A DNA stretch of 64,000 nucleotides from Octopus sinensis (taxonomy: Eukaryota), in contig NC_042998.1 of NCBI RefSeq assembly GCF_006345805.1, positions 142,538,001-142,602,000 of the forward strand, given 5' to 3'. Position 1 is the first letter of the stretch. The number at the start of each line of letters is the position of its first letter. Under the pieces are notes generated by a model, which saw only the letters and a list, made by a program, of their open reading frames with translations, had not been told where the DNA came from and ran no database searches. A program made the position numbers and the translations under genes. Of the stretch, positions 49,415 through 61,639 are shown piece by piece.

Positions 49415-50097
49415 TTTTGGCCAATGTTTTTTGCACTTCAAAACCATGGGAAGAGCATTTTCGATAAAAAATTTTTTGTTTCAATTGTTAATATTTTCAG
49501 AGGGAAAAGTGAGTGATTTAAGGGTGATTTGGCTGTTTCTTGTAGCACATCCAAAGACAGCGCTCCTCGTTTATTTATCACTCACGCATGTTTTTCGATA
49601 TTTTTCTCCATAAATACATTTATATGCTATTAAAAAAATTGAGAAATTATGTATTTTTTGCAACCTCACTCGCTGCACCTGATTGTTTCTGTTTAGAAAT
49701 TAAAATATTATTTTCTACTCTAGGCACAAGGCCCGAAATTTGGGGAGAGGGGCAGTCGATTAGATCGATCTCAGTACGCAACTGGTACTTAATTTATCGA
49801 CCTCGAAAAGATGAAAGGAAAAGTCGACCTCGGCGGAATTTGAACTCAGTACGTAAAGACAGACGAAATATCGCTAAGCACTTCTCAAAGCAACATAGAG
49901 ATTCCAATTCAGCGGCCCATATGTAAGCTTTGCAGAGTGATAAAGAAACGAGGCGGGTTGTCTTTGGATTTGTTACAAGCAACAGCCAAATCACCCTTAA
50001 ATCACTTTCCACTCTGATAATATTTAACTATTTAAAAAATTTTTTTCTACCGAAAATGTTCTTCCCATGGTTTTGAAGTGCAAAAAAAATTTGGCCC
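49415..50097. mobile_element. Foldback element with a SINE B (49715-49885, minus) in its centre
   Basis: 49415-49590 is the reverse complement of ~49930-50097. Confidence 0.7.
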
Positions 50098-50264
50098 AAC
50101 AGCGAGGAAGATGTTTGAAAACCGTTCAAGAACACAAATACCGTTAGTTTCACTTCAACATTAAAACTTCATTTGTGTCAAAATATTTCGTCGCTTTCAA
50201 ACCGCAACCTGTTCACTGGCAAAATTTCACAAAAGTGATGCAGCACGAAGTTTTGTCAGTGAAC

Positions 50265-50303
<39 letters not shown>

Positions 50304-50756
50304 ACACACATTCATTGCCTTTCATTTGTGTGTATGTGTATCTATATGTGTGCGCGAGTGTGTATTGTGTGTGTGTGTGTGTGTGTATGTGTGTTACTGT
50401 TGAAGTTGTATTTAGAAACTGAAAAGGTGAAAGTTTCGAGTACTTGTCGGTAACTTTTTGGTTTTTTCTTCTCGTCTTCTAATAGTAATTACCCAACTTT
50501 CTAGATTTTTCACACAGTTATCCCGCATTCAAAAATTATATGAGTATTTTTTAAAATCTTCATTCAATAAACGTTTTTACATTACGTATACGTTAATAGC
50601 AAATTAAAACTTTAAAGAGAAAGTGAGAGGCTTTGCAACTGAAAATGGAATACTCCGCAGTGAATGCAATGAATATTTAAATTTGCGAGAAATTGGAGTT
50701 TTAAAAATTCAATAAACTTGAGAAATCCAAATTATAGGAAATTTCGTCGAACATTC

Positions 50757-52483
50757 GTAGTAACTTTATTAGTAATGTTAAGAAGATAATTTAACCAGTG
50801 TGACACCATCCGTAGTGATTGGCTTGTGTCTGTAATTGGTTTTTACGTGGAAAGGCATCTCAAATGGAGTCGAAGAGTTACGCTTCAGTAACGGGAAGAC
50901 AGAAAACTGTGGACCCAAGTTTACTGAAGTAATATGAAGTAGATTTCAAAGACGAGCTCATAAAAACATACCTAGAAAGGATACTGAGAGAGGAGTCTAA
51001 CATAAAGTTGACCCCACCAGAAGACGAATTGAAAGAAATGGAAAAGAAAGAGATTATATACAGAATGTTCTCGAGAAGCAAGAGAAAAATAGAAATGGCA
51101 ATACAGGAAGAGATAGAAAAGTGCCTACAAGAGATTAAAGACGTTATTACCTTTTACACAAGAGGTAGAAGGTAAGGCACAGTGGTGGTCACTTTCGCCT
51201 CCAAAAAGGAGGCAAGCGAGTACTCCGCTGTGCCGTTACGTTCGGACGAGTGGACCCTCCTGCCTACATACCTGGGTAAGCGCGTTACCAGAGTTAGGGT
51301 AGGCAGGATTCCGCCTGAAATGGAACCCATGTGGCTGATAGCGGCGATCCTTGACGTGGGAGACGAAGGAGATTAGAGCATTACCATTCTCCAGATAACC
51401 CGGACCCAACAAATAAAATGATGGGGTTATGGGCTGGAGATGTTTTTTCGAATCAACCAAACAGAATATGCTGGAATACTGGAGACAATAGAACTATCAA
51501 ATGGGGTAAAATTGGAAGTATTATTGGATGGAAGGCTCCCTACCTACTATTTTTGTGGGGAGAGGGGACACATAAAAAAGGTGTCCTCAATAAGTGAAGG
51601 AGGTCCCAGAGATGGAAGCACAAGAATGCGCAATGGAATTAGAGCAAAAGACCCGAGACGAAAAACAGGACACAAAGTTTACAGACGTAAGAACAAGAAA
51701 GAGAGAAAGGAGGAATACACCGCCCAAGGAGGAACTACAGCAAAAGAAACATAAGACACAGGAAGAAGCATGCCCATTAAGACAGCAACAACAACAAGCA
51801 GAAGCAACAGACCCATAGGTTCACCAAAAAAAAAGGAAAAAAACATCACAAGCAGAACGGAATCACAAAGCAAAAACACAAACGTACAGACACACAAACA
51901 TACAGACACACAGACGTATATACGCACAAAAATACAAAGACATACAAAATGCACAACAGGGTGAGAACATATATAGAAACAGAATATACTTAGTAACATA
52001 TTGCATAAATCAAAAAAATTGAAAGAAAAATTACAAAAATGAAAGGTATTACAAAAGTAAAATTACCAGAAGGTTATGATAAAGACATGAGATGTATTTT
52101 GATAAAACACTAAAAGAAGCATTTCCATCAGATGCGAATCTACTGGGGCTGGAGGTTAGAAATGAACCCCGCACGCCAGTGATAGAATATGACGAGATAA
52201 AGAAAGACATGAAATGGTAAGTAGAAAAAATTATTGAGAATTAACTTTTAGGAAAAACCGAAAACTGAATGAACAATGAACGTTTTAAAAGGAAGAAAAA
52301 AAAAGAAAAATTATAGAAACATTTTGAATTAATTGAAAAAACGTAACCACCCCGGAGTGGGGCCGGGGTGACCGTCTCATCTTCATTTGTACAAACCCAT
52401 ATCATTCATCTTCATATGTTATATGTCCTCACATGTTCTGTATGTAGCCCCTCTTCGTTGACCCCTAGTGGGCAATAAAAAAA
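50757..52483 (+). mobile_element. Second ORF1-only retroelement, divergent relative of 15647-17269
   Basis: ATG 50864 MESKSYASVTG...IKLTPPEDE...EEIEKCLQEI...WTLLPTYLGKR...WGY...PTYYFCGERGH; several stops; AATAAA plus A-run at 52474-52483; flanked by ggaa(a)tttc(g/t)tcgaacattc (50737-50756 / 52484-52502). Confidence 0.75.
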
Positions 52484-52502
52484 GGAATTTCTTCGAACAT
52501 TC

Positions 52503-53010
52503 ATTTGGTTGGTGCTGTTTAGTTGTGTTATTGGTCGTGCTATTGAAGGTGAAGAATTGTTGCTGTTGTTAAACTTATTGATATTTATTTGAAAAAAAAC
52601 CAAAAAAACTTAATTGCTTTTTTGTAAAGCAAATTGCTGTTAATTCCCCCGCGTGTGGGGGAATTGTTGTTCAAAACAAGAAAATGCCAAACGAATGAAT
52701 CCCAAAAGCCTAGTACAAGTAAAGACTCACCTAGAAAAGAGGAAAAAACAAAGTTGAACGTGAGGAGGAACATGGAGGTGTCCAGTCTTGCAACTGGCGA
52801 AGCACAAAGTGGCACAAAGGAGATGAGCTTCGCGGCAGCCACCGAGAGCAGGTCCAGGAAAATTAATGCCGAAAATTTAAGAGAGCACAGAGAATTATTG
52901 TCAAGAGAGGGGGACTGAAATTAAAGTGGCCCCTGCACAAGGCATTATAACAGACGTTCTGGAAAGAACGATCATTTTCAAAACATACAATGTGGAGAAA
53001 AAAAAAATTG
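52503..53010 (+). mobile_element. 5' part of a third member of the ORF1 family
   Basis: MSFAAAT...REG / IKVAPAQGIITDVLERTIIFKTYNVEKKKIE aligns with YAGAAG...KEGD / VRVTPPEEEAKEAEKRIITYRTWSVASKKIE; truncated by a microsatellite. Confidence 0.65.
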
Positions 53011-53257
53011 AATATATATACATACATATACACATACACACACATATATATATACACACATACAGTCTTACATATATATATATATATATAATATATATAT
53101 ATATATATGGCATAACTTCGGTATAAGTACTGGAAGTACCGGATACATTTCAAGAAAGTGTTTTTTTTTTATATATGGAGGTTAGGGGTGGGAGAAAGGG
53201 TTTCTGTTATCTTCAGAAATGTAAACAAAGTCACGTGTGTACTTATACCGAAGGATC

Positions 53258-53296
<39 letters not shown>

Positions 53297-53297
<1 letters not shown>

Positions 53298-53560
53298 GGG
53301 TGGCAATAAAGTCACTATACAGTTACTTACAATTACAATTAAGACAAGGCAATTAACCAACAATCCAGAAATTTATTATTAAAATGTTTCAATTTTCTGC
53401 TTAGATGAGGATTCTTTGAAGCTCTGTAAGTGCAATTGTGGCTATTTACACTTCCAGATAGTTTGAATTGTGCGACGATCTCCATCATCTTCAATTAATC
53501 CACGAATGAGTCGTGGTATGTAAGGCTTGTAGTTTAATTCTTTCAGCATTATCTGAAGCG
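53297..53560 (-). mobile_element. Tc1/mariner-type fragment
   Basis: CAGGGTGG terminus after a (TA/CA) run; minus-strand peptide IMLKELNYKPYIPRLIRGLIEDDGDRR. Confidence 0.5.
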
Positions 53561-53563
53561 ATC

Positions 53564-53800
53564 GGATCTTTTCCTTTTGAACGGCACTTTTCAACACAGT
53601 TTCTAGTTAACTAAACACTTTTAAACTTCGTATACTGGTAGAATGTGTCAAAATAAAACATTTTTTTCTCTTGGCTTTCTTGAGAAAATTGCAATTTGTT
53701 TGTTTAACGTAGTTTAATTTTTCGAATTTTGACCAATCAATTGCCTCTAATTGAGCTAAAATCATTTGCTGCGTCTAAAACTGAGACAACATCGGCATTT
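53564..53800. mobile_element. Partial GGATCTTTTC-family MITE
   Basis: Begins ggatcttttccttttgaacggca; matches an arm of 44911-45711. Confidence 0.8.
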
Positions 53801-54561
53801 TGAAATTACCCCTCACCAACAAATTCTTCATTTTAAACTTTTTTCAGAAACTTTTTTCTTTCAAAATATGCAGAAAAATACGGAGATTATGATTCTGAAA
53901 ACATTTTCTAAAAATTTTTATAAAATTTATTTTTCACTTTTTTTTTTGTCAAAATAAGCGGAAAAATATGGAGATTATGATTCTGAAACAAATTTCCAAA
54001 ACTTTTTCTACTTAGGGTTAGGGTTGGGGTTTTAGGGTTAAAAATGGAAAATGAAGAAATTTGGGGAGGAGTAAAGGGGTAGCAAAAAGTTCAAAATTCC
54101 GATTTTTTGCAATTTTCCGGAATCTCCGTATCCGACAACGTGAGTTTTTGGCAAAATTTTTTTTAAAAAACAATAATTTGCGAGAAAATGGAGTGGGGAC
54201 GCGAAGAAGTATTTCCCTAATCAGCACCGTGCATTCCTTACTCTTTCACTCTCTACTGACAGCAACTTCTACACTGTCAACTACTAACCAACGAACCAAC
54301 CTTTTTGTCACTATCACTACGATTACTACGGTATCTCTAACTACATGTCGGGCAAACGAATAAGTATATGTGAATGATATTTCTCCTATCTTGGTGTTGA
54401 TTTCTCGATGTTTACTGGTAACACAAGAATCTTCGGCGTAATTTCGTTTTGACTCGAATTTTGTCAACAAATTACTCGGTAATTTCTGTGAACACGTGTT
54501 ATCTTGTCACCTGTCAGTTAACGTATCGAAGCGGAAAGAGGAAGCTAATGGGTTGTACGTC

Positions 54562-54856
54562 CGTGCGTACTTGTTCCTCCGTGTGTGTGTGTACGTGCTT
54601 GTTTTTTGTGTGTGTGTGCGTGCGTGCTTGTCCCTCTGTCTATGTGTATGTGTGTGCGTGTTTGTTCCTTTGTGTGTACGTGCTTGTTTGTGAGTGTGTG
54701 CGTGCTTGTTCCTCTAAAAACAGAACAGGCACACACACAGAGGAACAAGCAAGCAGGCACACACACACATACACACAAACAAGAACACACACGTACACAC
54801 AGACAGTGAAACAAGCACGCACACACGCGCACACACACACACACAAAACAAGCACC
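54562..54856. repeat. Inverted minisatellite: (GT)n-CGTGCTTGTTCCT units facing their reverse complements
   Basis: About six cgtgcttgttcct-type units at 54562-54716, then about four aggaacaagc/aaacaagcac units with (AC)n spacers. Confidence 0.8.
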
Positions 54857-55140
54857 TGTTACATCTACACGCTACATTTGGTAGTCGGTTACATCATATC
54901 AACATGATATGACATCTCACTTCAGCCCGCTACACATTGACTCACAAAATGTTGCAATATGCAATAAATTTACTCCTCGTGTCATTTAAACATGTTAATG
55001 TTTTGGAAATTCAAAAAAAAAAAAAACCATAGCTGAACTGAAATCATCGAGAGTTATCTCCTCTTAGTAATTATGTTTCTCTGTGTACATTAACACATGC
55101 TTGTTTAAGACAGATGGCAGGGGAATATAAAACTGTAATA

Positions 55141-55143
55141 ATA

Positions 55144-55215
<72 letters not shown>

Positions 55216-55800
55216 TGTGTACAGTGCTCAGGTGCACTACAACTCATCTAAAGTGTATATATAATCAGGTGTAGTTTCGGTGGATTTCGGAAAGCATGAG
55301 GGCCTTAAAGGATGCAGTGTCATGGCAGACAACAACTGACGCAGGCAGTTTATTCCATGCTTCAGCAACTCTGAGCGTGAAGAAATGTTTCCGAAAGTCA
55401 TGGGAGCTGTGTTGTTTTCTGACTTTGTAGGCATGTCCACGTGTGTTAGACACATGGAGATCAAAAAGGTGTTCAGTGTTGTTGGTGAGGTGGTTGATAA
55501 CTTTGTGGGTGTTTACCAAGTCCGTCGCCAGACGCCGGAGCTTCAGTGAATCCATGCCCAGGGAAACAAGGCGCTCAGAATATGGTAGGTGTCTGATGGA
55601 GGGTATGCGTTTGGTTGCACGTCTCTGGACAGATTCCAGGAGGTCAATGTTCTGAGCAAGATAGGGGTTCCAAACTGATGATGCGAATTCCAAGTGTGGT
55701 CGTACCATAGCTGTATACAGTTTTAAATAGATGGCTGGAGAGCGGCTAACAAAAGTCTTGCTGAGTGATGCCAAGACACCCTCGGCCTTGTTCACGCTTT
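55141..55800 (-). mobile_element. CR1-group LINE 3' end with (TTA)n tail
   Basis: LYTAMVRPHLEFASSVWNPY...LLESVQRRATKRI...FFTLRVAEAWNKLP. Confidence 0.9.
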
Positions 55801-56339
55801 CCTTAATTATTCATTAGCATTCAACTAAGAACACCCAAGTTCTTTACTTACTACTGACCTCATTTATTAACCGCCAACTTGACCATTAATGGAAACTAGT
55901 TTCATCTTACCTATTTTTGCTACTTTATTATACAGATTATTCCTTTACCTTCCAGATACACACACACGAACGCACGCACGTGACCCTTGGGGATCCATGC
56001 TAGGCAAATCGTATATCAGGGATCCACAGTTGTAGTTTAGAGGTCCATGAAAAACTTTGATTCTGATGTTTTTATTGCAGGAAACAGATAAATTTCTTTC
56101 TCCACATAGTTCAACCTATACAAGTTAATGAGTGAATAGCAAAATAAGAATTTTGAAAGAAGTGCCTATAGAATTAGTTTTTAAACATCGAATGGCTATG
56201 GAGGTCCACCAGAATAAAATAATAATCAAAGGGGTTGGAAAATGCTGGTTTAGATCATCTCAAGAAACTTCGAAAGCGAAATATAAGGTATAATCTTGAA
56301 ATATCTTTCCCTGTCAACTTTTCTATTTACTGATTACAC

Positions 56340-56460
56340 CGTCTGTCTTTACGTTCTGAGTTCAAATTCTGCCGAGGTCGACTTTACCTTTCGTCCTTTC
56401 GGGGTCAATAAATTAAGTACCAGTTATTTACTGGAGTCGATCTAATCAACCGGCCCCCTC
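56340..56460 (+). mobile_element. SINE family B fragment
   Basis: gtctttacgttctgagttcaaattctgccgaggtcgactttacctttcgtcctttcggggtc. Confidence 0.75.
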
Positions 56461-56892
56461 CCCACACGCAGCATAGAGGAGCGTATAGATGAACACTGGC
56501 AAGAGCTCAAAGAAGAGAAAGGCTCGTCAGTACTCTACCAACACGCTCAAGCAGAACATAGAGGCCCGATTAATAGCATAGAGGTTAAGGTATTATCAAC
56601 ACATAGAAGTGACACAACACTTAGACAGATCACAGAAGCTACACACATATCAATAAACAGACCGAGCCTCTGTAGAAAACACGAATGGAACAGTAACATC
56701 CACCACCACACCACACAACATGACGACTAAAGACTGAAGGGAGGAGAAGAAAGAGGAAAAAAATAAATATATAAAACACAAATACAAACAGGGTAATACA
56801 CACACAATAGACATATATGCACATACCTGTGATAAATATAAAAAATGGAGATAGATAAATAAATATATTTATCACATACCTGTGATAAATAT

Positions 56893-56986
<94 letters not shown>

Positions 56987-57650
56987 AATTATTGTATACA
57001 GTGCTCAGGTGCACCACAACTTGTCAAAAGTGCATATAAAGTATATGCAGTAATGTACAAATGTCTGGAAAGCGAACAGTGTATGAGTCAGATACATGCT
57101 TGCGTGTGTATGGAGGGGGGAAAATCAGGTGTAATATTGGCGAATCTCAGGAAGCATGGAAGTTTTGAAGGATGCAGTGCTCCGACAAGTAACAACTGAT
57201 GCCGGCAGTTTGTTCCATGCTTCAGCAACTCTTAGTGTGAAAAAATGATTCCGAAAGTCATGGGAGCTGTGCTGTTTTCTGACTTTGTAAACATGTCCAC
57301 GGGTGTTAGACAGGTGGAGTTTGAAAAGGTGCTCAGAGTTATTGTTTGTAAGATGGTTAATAATTTTATGGGTGTCTGCCAAGTCAGCTGCCAGACGTCG
57401 GAGTTTCAATGTGTCTATGCCCAGGGAAGTAAGTCGCTGAACGGCTTCCAGACGATTAATATCCTGGACAAGCTAGGGGTTCCACACCGGTGATGCAAAT
57501 TCCAGGTGAAGTCGTACCATAGCTATATAAAGCCGCAGATAGATAGCCGGAGAGCGGCTCACAAAGGACTTGGTGAGTGATGCCAAAACACCCTCAGCCT
57601 TCTTAGCAATTTTAGCGATGTGTTTTGTCCAACGCAAATCGCTGTCGACA
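56893..57650 (-). mobile_element. CR1-group LINE 3' end, second copy, with (TTA)n tail
   Basis: KKAEGVLASLTKSFVSRSPAIYL...RNHFFTLRVAEAWNKLP; same family as 55141-55800. Confidence 0.9.
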
Positions 57651-58283
57651 ATATGATAGCGATAGATAAAAAAAGATCTATATAAAGGGCACGGATTCAA
57701 ACAACATAGGAAGCGAATCCATAAACATACAGAAACATATATACAACAACTTCACAGATGGCCGCAACAATATCAAAAATACGAATAACAATGACAATAG
57801 CAACATCAGTGACAACAACGGCAATAACAACAACAACCAGGAGCGTGGGCAAACACAGAAACACAGAGGTACAGGAACTGTACCAAATTTCGGGTCCTAG
57901 GACAGCAGTAGCAACAACTGGAGCTGGGGCTGAGGGGGAGGTCGTAGAGCTACTAAGAACAATGACGCACACACACAAACAAAGATGCTAATGCATCCGC
58001 ACAAAGGATACATATCATATAAGAACAGAATGAAATAAGTGGAGCAAGAGCACACACGAAGACGGAAAGTGTTGCTGAAGAGGTCACAGTTGTGTGACGA
58101 AGGATTTCTGGACAATGAACATGAGTCAGAATAAGAACAGTAATGAACAAGTGAAGAACGAATATATAGTGCACATGTTTATTTGACAAAAAATATATAT
58201 ATATGATTATCCTGAATTACAACGATATCTGTCTCACCATACGATTTCACATTAGGAACGTTGCAACACAAATCTAATATATA

Positions 58284-59055
58284 CTAGCAGCATAGCCCGG
58301 CGTTGCCCGGGTATGTAAGAGCCCCTAGTAGGCAACGACTAATCCCAATCTAGTCCTTTCCTTCTAGGGAACGAAGGCGCATGTGTAGGTTGCAATGTCT
58401 TCTCTTCACTCCTAAATAACTATCAAACAGCTATCGATAATTCAACCCAACCAATTCCTACCAGGAAGAAATTACATTCGAGACTTTACCCCCAACACTT
58501 CTGCTAATAGCTGCCGCAGCCGCAGCCGCAAGTTATTCGAATATTTTTTTGTTTACACTTTCTTTATAACTACCACCCCAAACGTTTTACCTTAAATTTT
58601 TGACGTACCCTAAGGGTCCTCGGACGCTACTTGTAAACTCTTGGTTTATTATAAACCGCTTTTGTCGTGTGCATCAAAAAACCTTTTCCATTCGTTTTTT
58701 CAGTTAGGTCACATTTGACTTTTTCGTTGTTGTCACTCACATTGCTGCCCGCTTTTTTGTACATTTTTATACATTTTGGGATACTTACCCCACGTGTTCC
58801 GAGAGTTAAAAAGGTCGAGTTGCGTCCCCTAGACAGTCTGTAGAAAATGTGTTGCATATAAAAAGCTTAGATTCTCGACCCATATCGAATTTATCGATTA
58901 TTTTTCAGAACTGGGGGAACTTTTCAAAATTTTCGCTGCGTTAGTTTTGAATTATGACATTGGGCTACGTGTGTGTCAAGTTTCATCAGAATCGGTTGAA
59001 AGCCGTGGTCAGGGTGAGGGTACAACCTGACAGACACACAGACAGACAAACTGCC

Positions 59056-59100
<45 letters not shown>
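58284..59100 (-). mobile_element. Non-autonomous Helitron with a helicase C-terminal remnant
   Basis: 3' hairpin cccgggcaacgccggg plus CTAG|T at 58284; LSRGRNS...TKAVYNK peptide (ORF 58627..58857) resembles a PIF1 C-terminus; the 5' end merges into (AT)n. Confidence 0.7.
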
Positions 59101-59102
<2 letters not shown>

Positions 59103-59609
59103 ATATATATTAGTTAGACAAGGCTGGTTTATGGGATTACCTTAGGTTTTACGTCCATAAAGAGTTTAGCGGCTACTGCCGCTGCTGTCATCGATATTAT
59201 TGTTGTTATCGTTGGCGATGGTGCTGCTGTTGCTATTGGAACTGTCGAGCCTGCTACTGTAACCGTTAGGGAAGCTGCTGCTGATGTTGCTACTGTCGTT
59301 AGGGATACTGCTATTGTTATTGTTTCTGTTATCACTGGCAATGGTACTGTTGGTTCTGTCCACACTTTTGCTACTGCTACTACTGGTACTGAAGTCGCTG
59401 CTACTGTATGTTACATAGCATGCTCTTCAAAGATCGCAAAGAGCAGTATGAAACTGATAGGTAAGATCAACCTATAATGGATCTATAGTGCTGTATACTT
59501 TGATTAATATACCCACATTGACAAATATACAAGTGCATCCTTTTTCTGACTTATGGATTCTTAGACTACTATAAATAGATACATACATACATACATAACT
59601 TTTTCTTCA

Positions 59610-59840
59610 CCCATTCCGTTCCGGTCATTCAAAATGTGACCGCGTGTGTATCGTTGGCGATTTTTTTCCTCCGTCTTCCCTTCCTTGGATCTTTCCTTTT
59701 CCTATGTTTCTGACGAAGAGCTCCGCTCGAAACGTTAAATCCTCCTTCTTTCTTTCCTTTCATGAGCGTCCAACTCTACTTGTTCCACGTCCTCACGTTG
59801 TTGTGTTTTCTCTTTGTGTTTTCATGTTTTGGATTAACTT
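59610..59840 (+). mobile_element. Penelope-like pseudo-LTR fragment with hammerhead motif (59706-59740)
   Basis: gttt CTGACGA agagctccgctc GAAACGT T aaat; CUGANGA and GAAA intact. Confidence 0.7.
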
Positions 59841-60087
59841 TATATACATACATACATATATCTTGTGGTTAGTAATCCATTACCTTAAATTTGAGGCATT
59901 AAGTCTTTAAACATCATTTTACTGGGTTTAGTCTTTTGACTGTTGCCATAATGGGATATCAAAAATGTTATTGATCACACTGACCTCAGTGCATATTTCA
60001 ATCTGACATTTATTTTATAGATCTCTGCTTGATGAACTTTGAGACAATGCTTTATTTAACAACAGATGTTAACATACACACACATTA

Positions 60088-60255
60088 GGTGCAAGAATGG
60101 CTGTGTGATTGAGAAGTTTGCTTCCTAACCACATGGTTCCACGTTCAGTTCCTCTACAAGTGTTCCATATTCAGTCCCTTAGGCAAGTGTTATCCACTAT
60201 TGCCCTGGGGCCAACCTCAGACTTGTAACTGAATTTAGTAGCCTGGAAACTGCAA
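60088..60255 (+). mobile_element. SINE family A fragment
   Basis: aggtgcaagaatggctgtgtgattgagaagtttgcttcctaaccacatggttcc. Confidence 0.65.
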
Positions 60256-60429
60256 CATTGTTCATCAGAAAATGACTGAAAAACATGTTTATAAAGAAGA
60301 GCTCTTTGCTTCATACTCTTTGTGTGCCGATTCTACCCATAAGAAAGGAACAGATAATACAATGTGGTTGTAGGTCATAACACCCAGGCAATTCCGGGGC
60401 CGGGGTGCATTGCTTGTGTGTGTGTGTGT

Positions 60430-60467
<38 letters not shown>

Positions 60468-60479
60468 TATACAAAAGGA

Positions 60480-60700
60480 TATATCTTTGTATACATACCA
60501 TTTACAGGACATCCGCATGCCAAAACAAGTGTTGTATACTGTGCTGGAGCAAGGAAAATGTCCCCAGTGCAAGCCATGCAAGCATTTCAAAGACAATCTT
60601 TAAGATACATTTAAAATTATCAATATTGATACTAACACCCAGGAAGATCTTGCATCAGATAGGGAGCTGTTCAGGAATCTGATTGCTACTGGTTTAAAGA
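60480..60700 (+). mobile_element. RTE (BovB-like) C-terminal fragment
   Basis: RMPKQVLYTVLEQGK...KHFKDNL...EDLASDRELFR resembles the RTE-1 C-terminus. Confidence 0.6.
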
Positions 60701-61639
60701 AGAGATCAGAGAGGTTTTTTTTTTTTTTGGTCAGGTTGATTGTGCCTGCTTCTCAGTCATAAGTGTGATCATGGAGGCAGCTTCATCTCTCATGTACCTT
60801 GTGTAGCAGAGTGTGTGGGTTGGCTAGTGGACTCACTCAGCATTGTAGGTTCCAACATCCAGATGGTGGTGGTGCTGCTAGATGGTCTGACTTGTGTCTG
60901 GTGTGGAATGATTTGTAAGTCCTTTGAAGACCTTAGGAGCAATGTGAGGCATTAACAGCTTTGGGGAGACTAAATTTGTGATGTTTCTTAGAGTGAAATG
61001 GATTGAGAAAGTGGTCTTATTTGGTTATGACTTGCAACATATATATTTACATATAAGTGGAAATGGATGCATGATAATTTACTGTTCTGGTTACAGTTCT
61101 TATTAGTAAACATGTAAACCTCCTTCTGTTGTGTGATCCCATAGAGTTCTATGCAGTTCAAAAAGGGCTACAACATAATATAAAGAGCACATCAACAATG
61201 AGTGAGAAAAAAACATTGGCAAGTAATTCGAATTCTTTTATTTTATCTGTTATATATGCTTCTGCATCTGGTAATTAATTAATGATGTCAAACTCTAAAT
61301 GAAGTTCATATATGCAATCCTATCAAATACCTCCTTGGACAGGGTTGAAATATAGATCTCAAACATGCAAGCATCTCATATAAATACCTGAGAGATTCAA
61401 GACCAGTGGGAGGAGCAAAATAGAGTCAGAATGGGATTTGGTGTAGGCCATCCATTACAACAAGTATGTAAAGATATAGATAATAATGTGGGCTCAGTCA
61501 CCAAATGGAATGTTGCATAATTATTCATATTATTCATGCACTGACTCTGACCCTGGAACTACCCCTTGGTCCTGCATTTGCTGAATGGAATCCATTTGTT
61601 CATCGATAGACAAGTGATTGAAACTTCTCAGCATTGAAC

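Noticed and set aside
54010-54040. TTAGGG-like tract (also CCCTAA at ~42865 and ~45175)
   Set aside because: Only 2-4 imperfect units embedded in transposon sequence; not a telomeric array.
59160-59400. T/A/V-rich or N/S-rich ORFs (also 57750-57990)
   Set aside because: Cryptic trinucleotide low-complexity DNA with no gene context.
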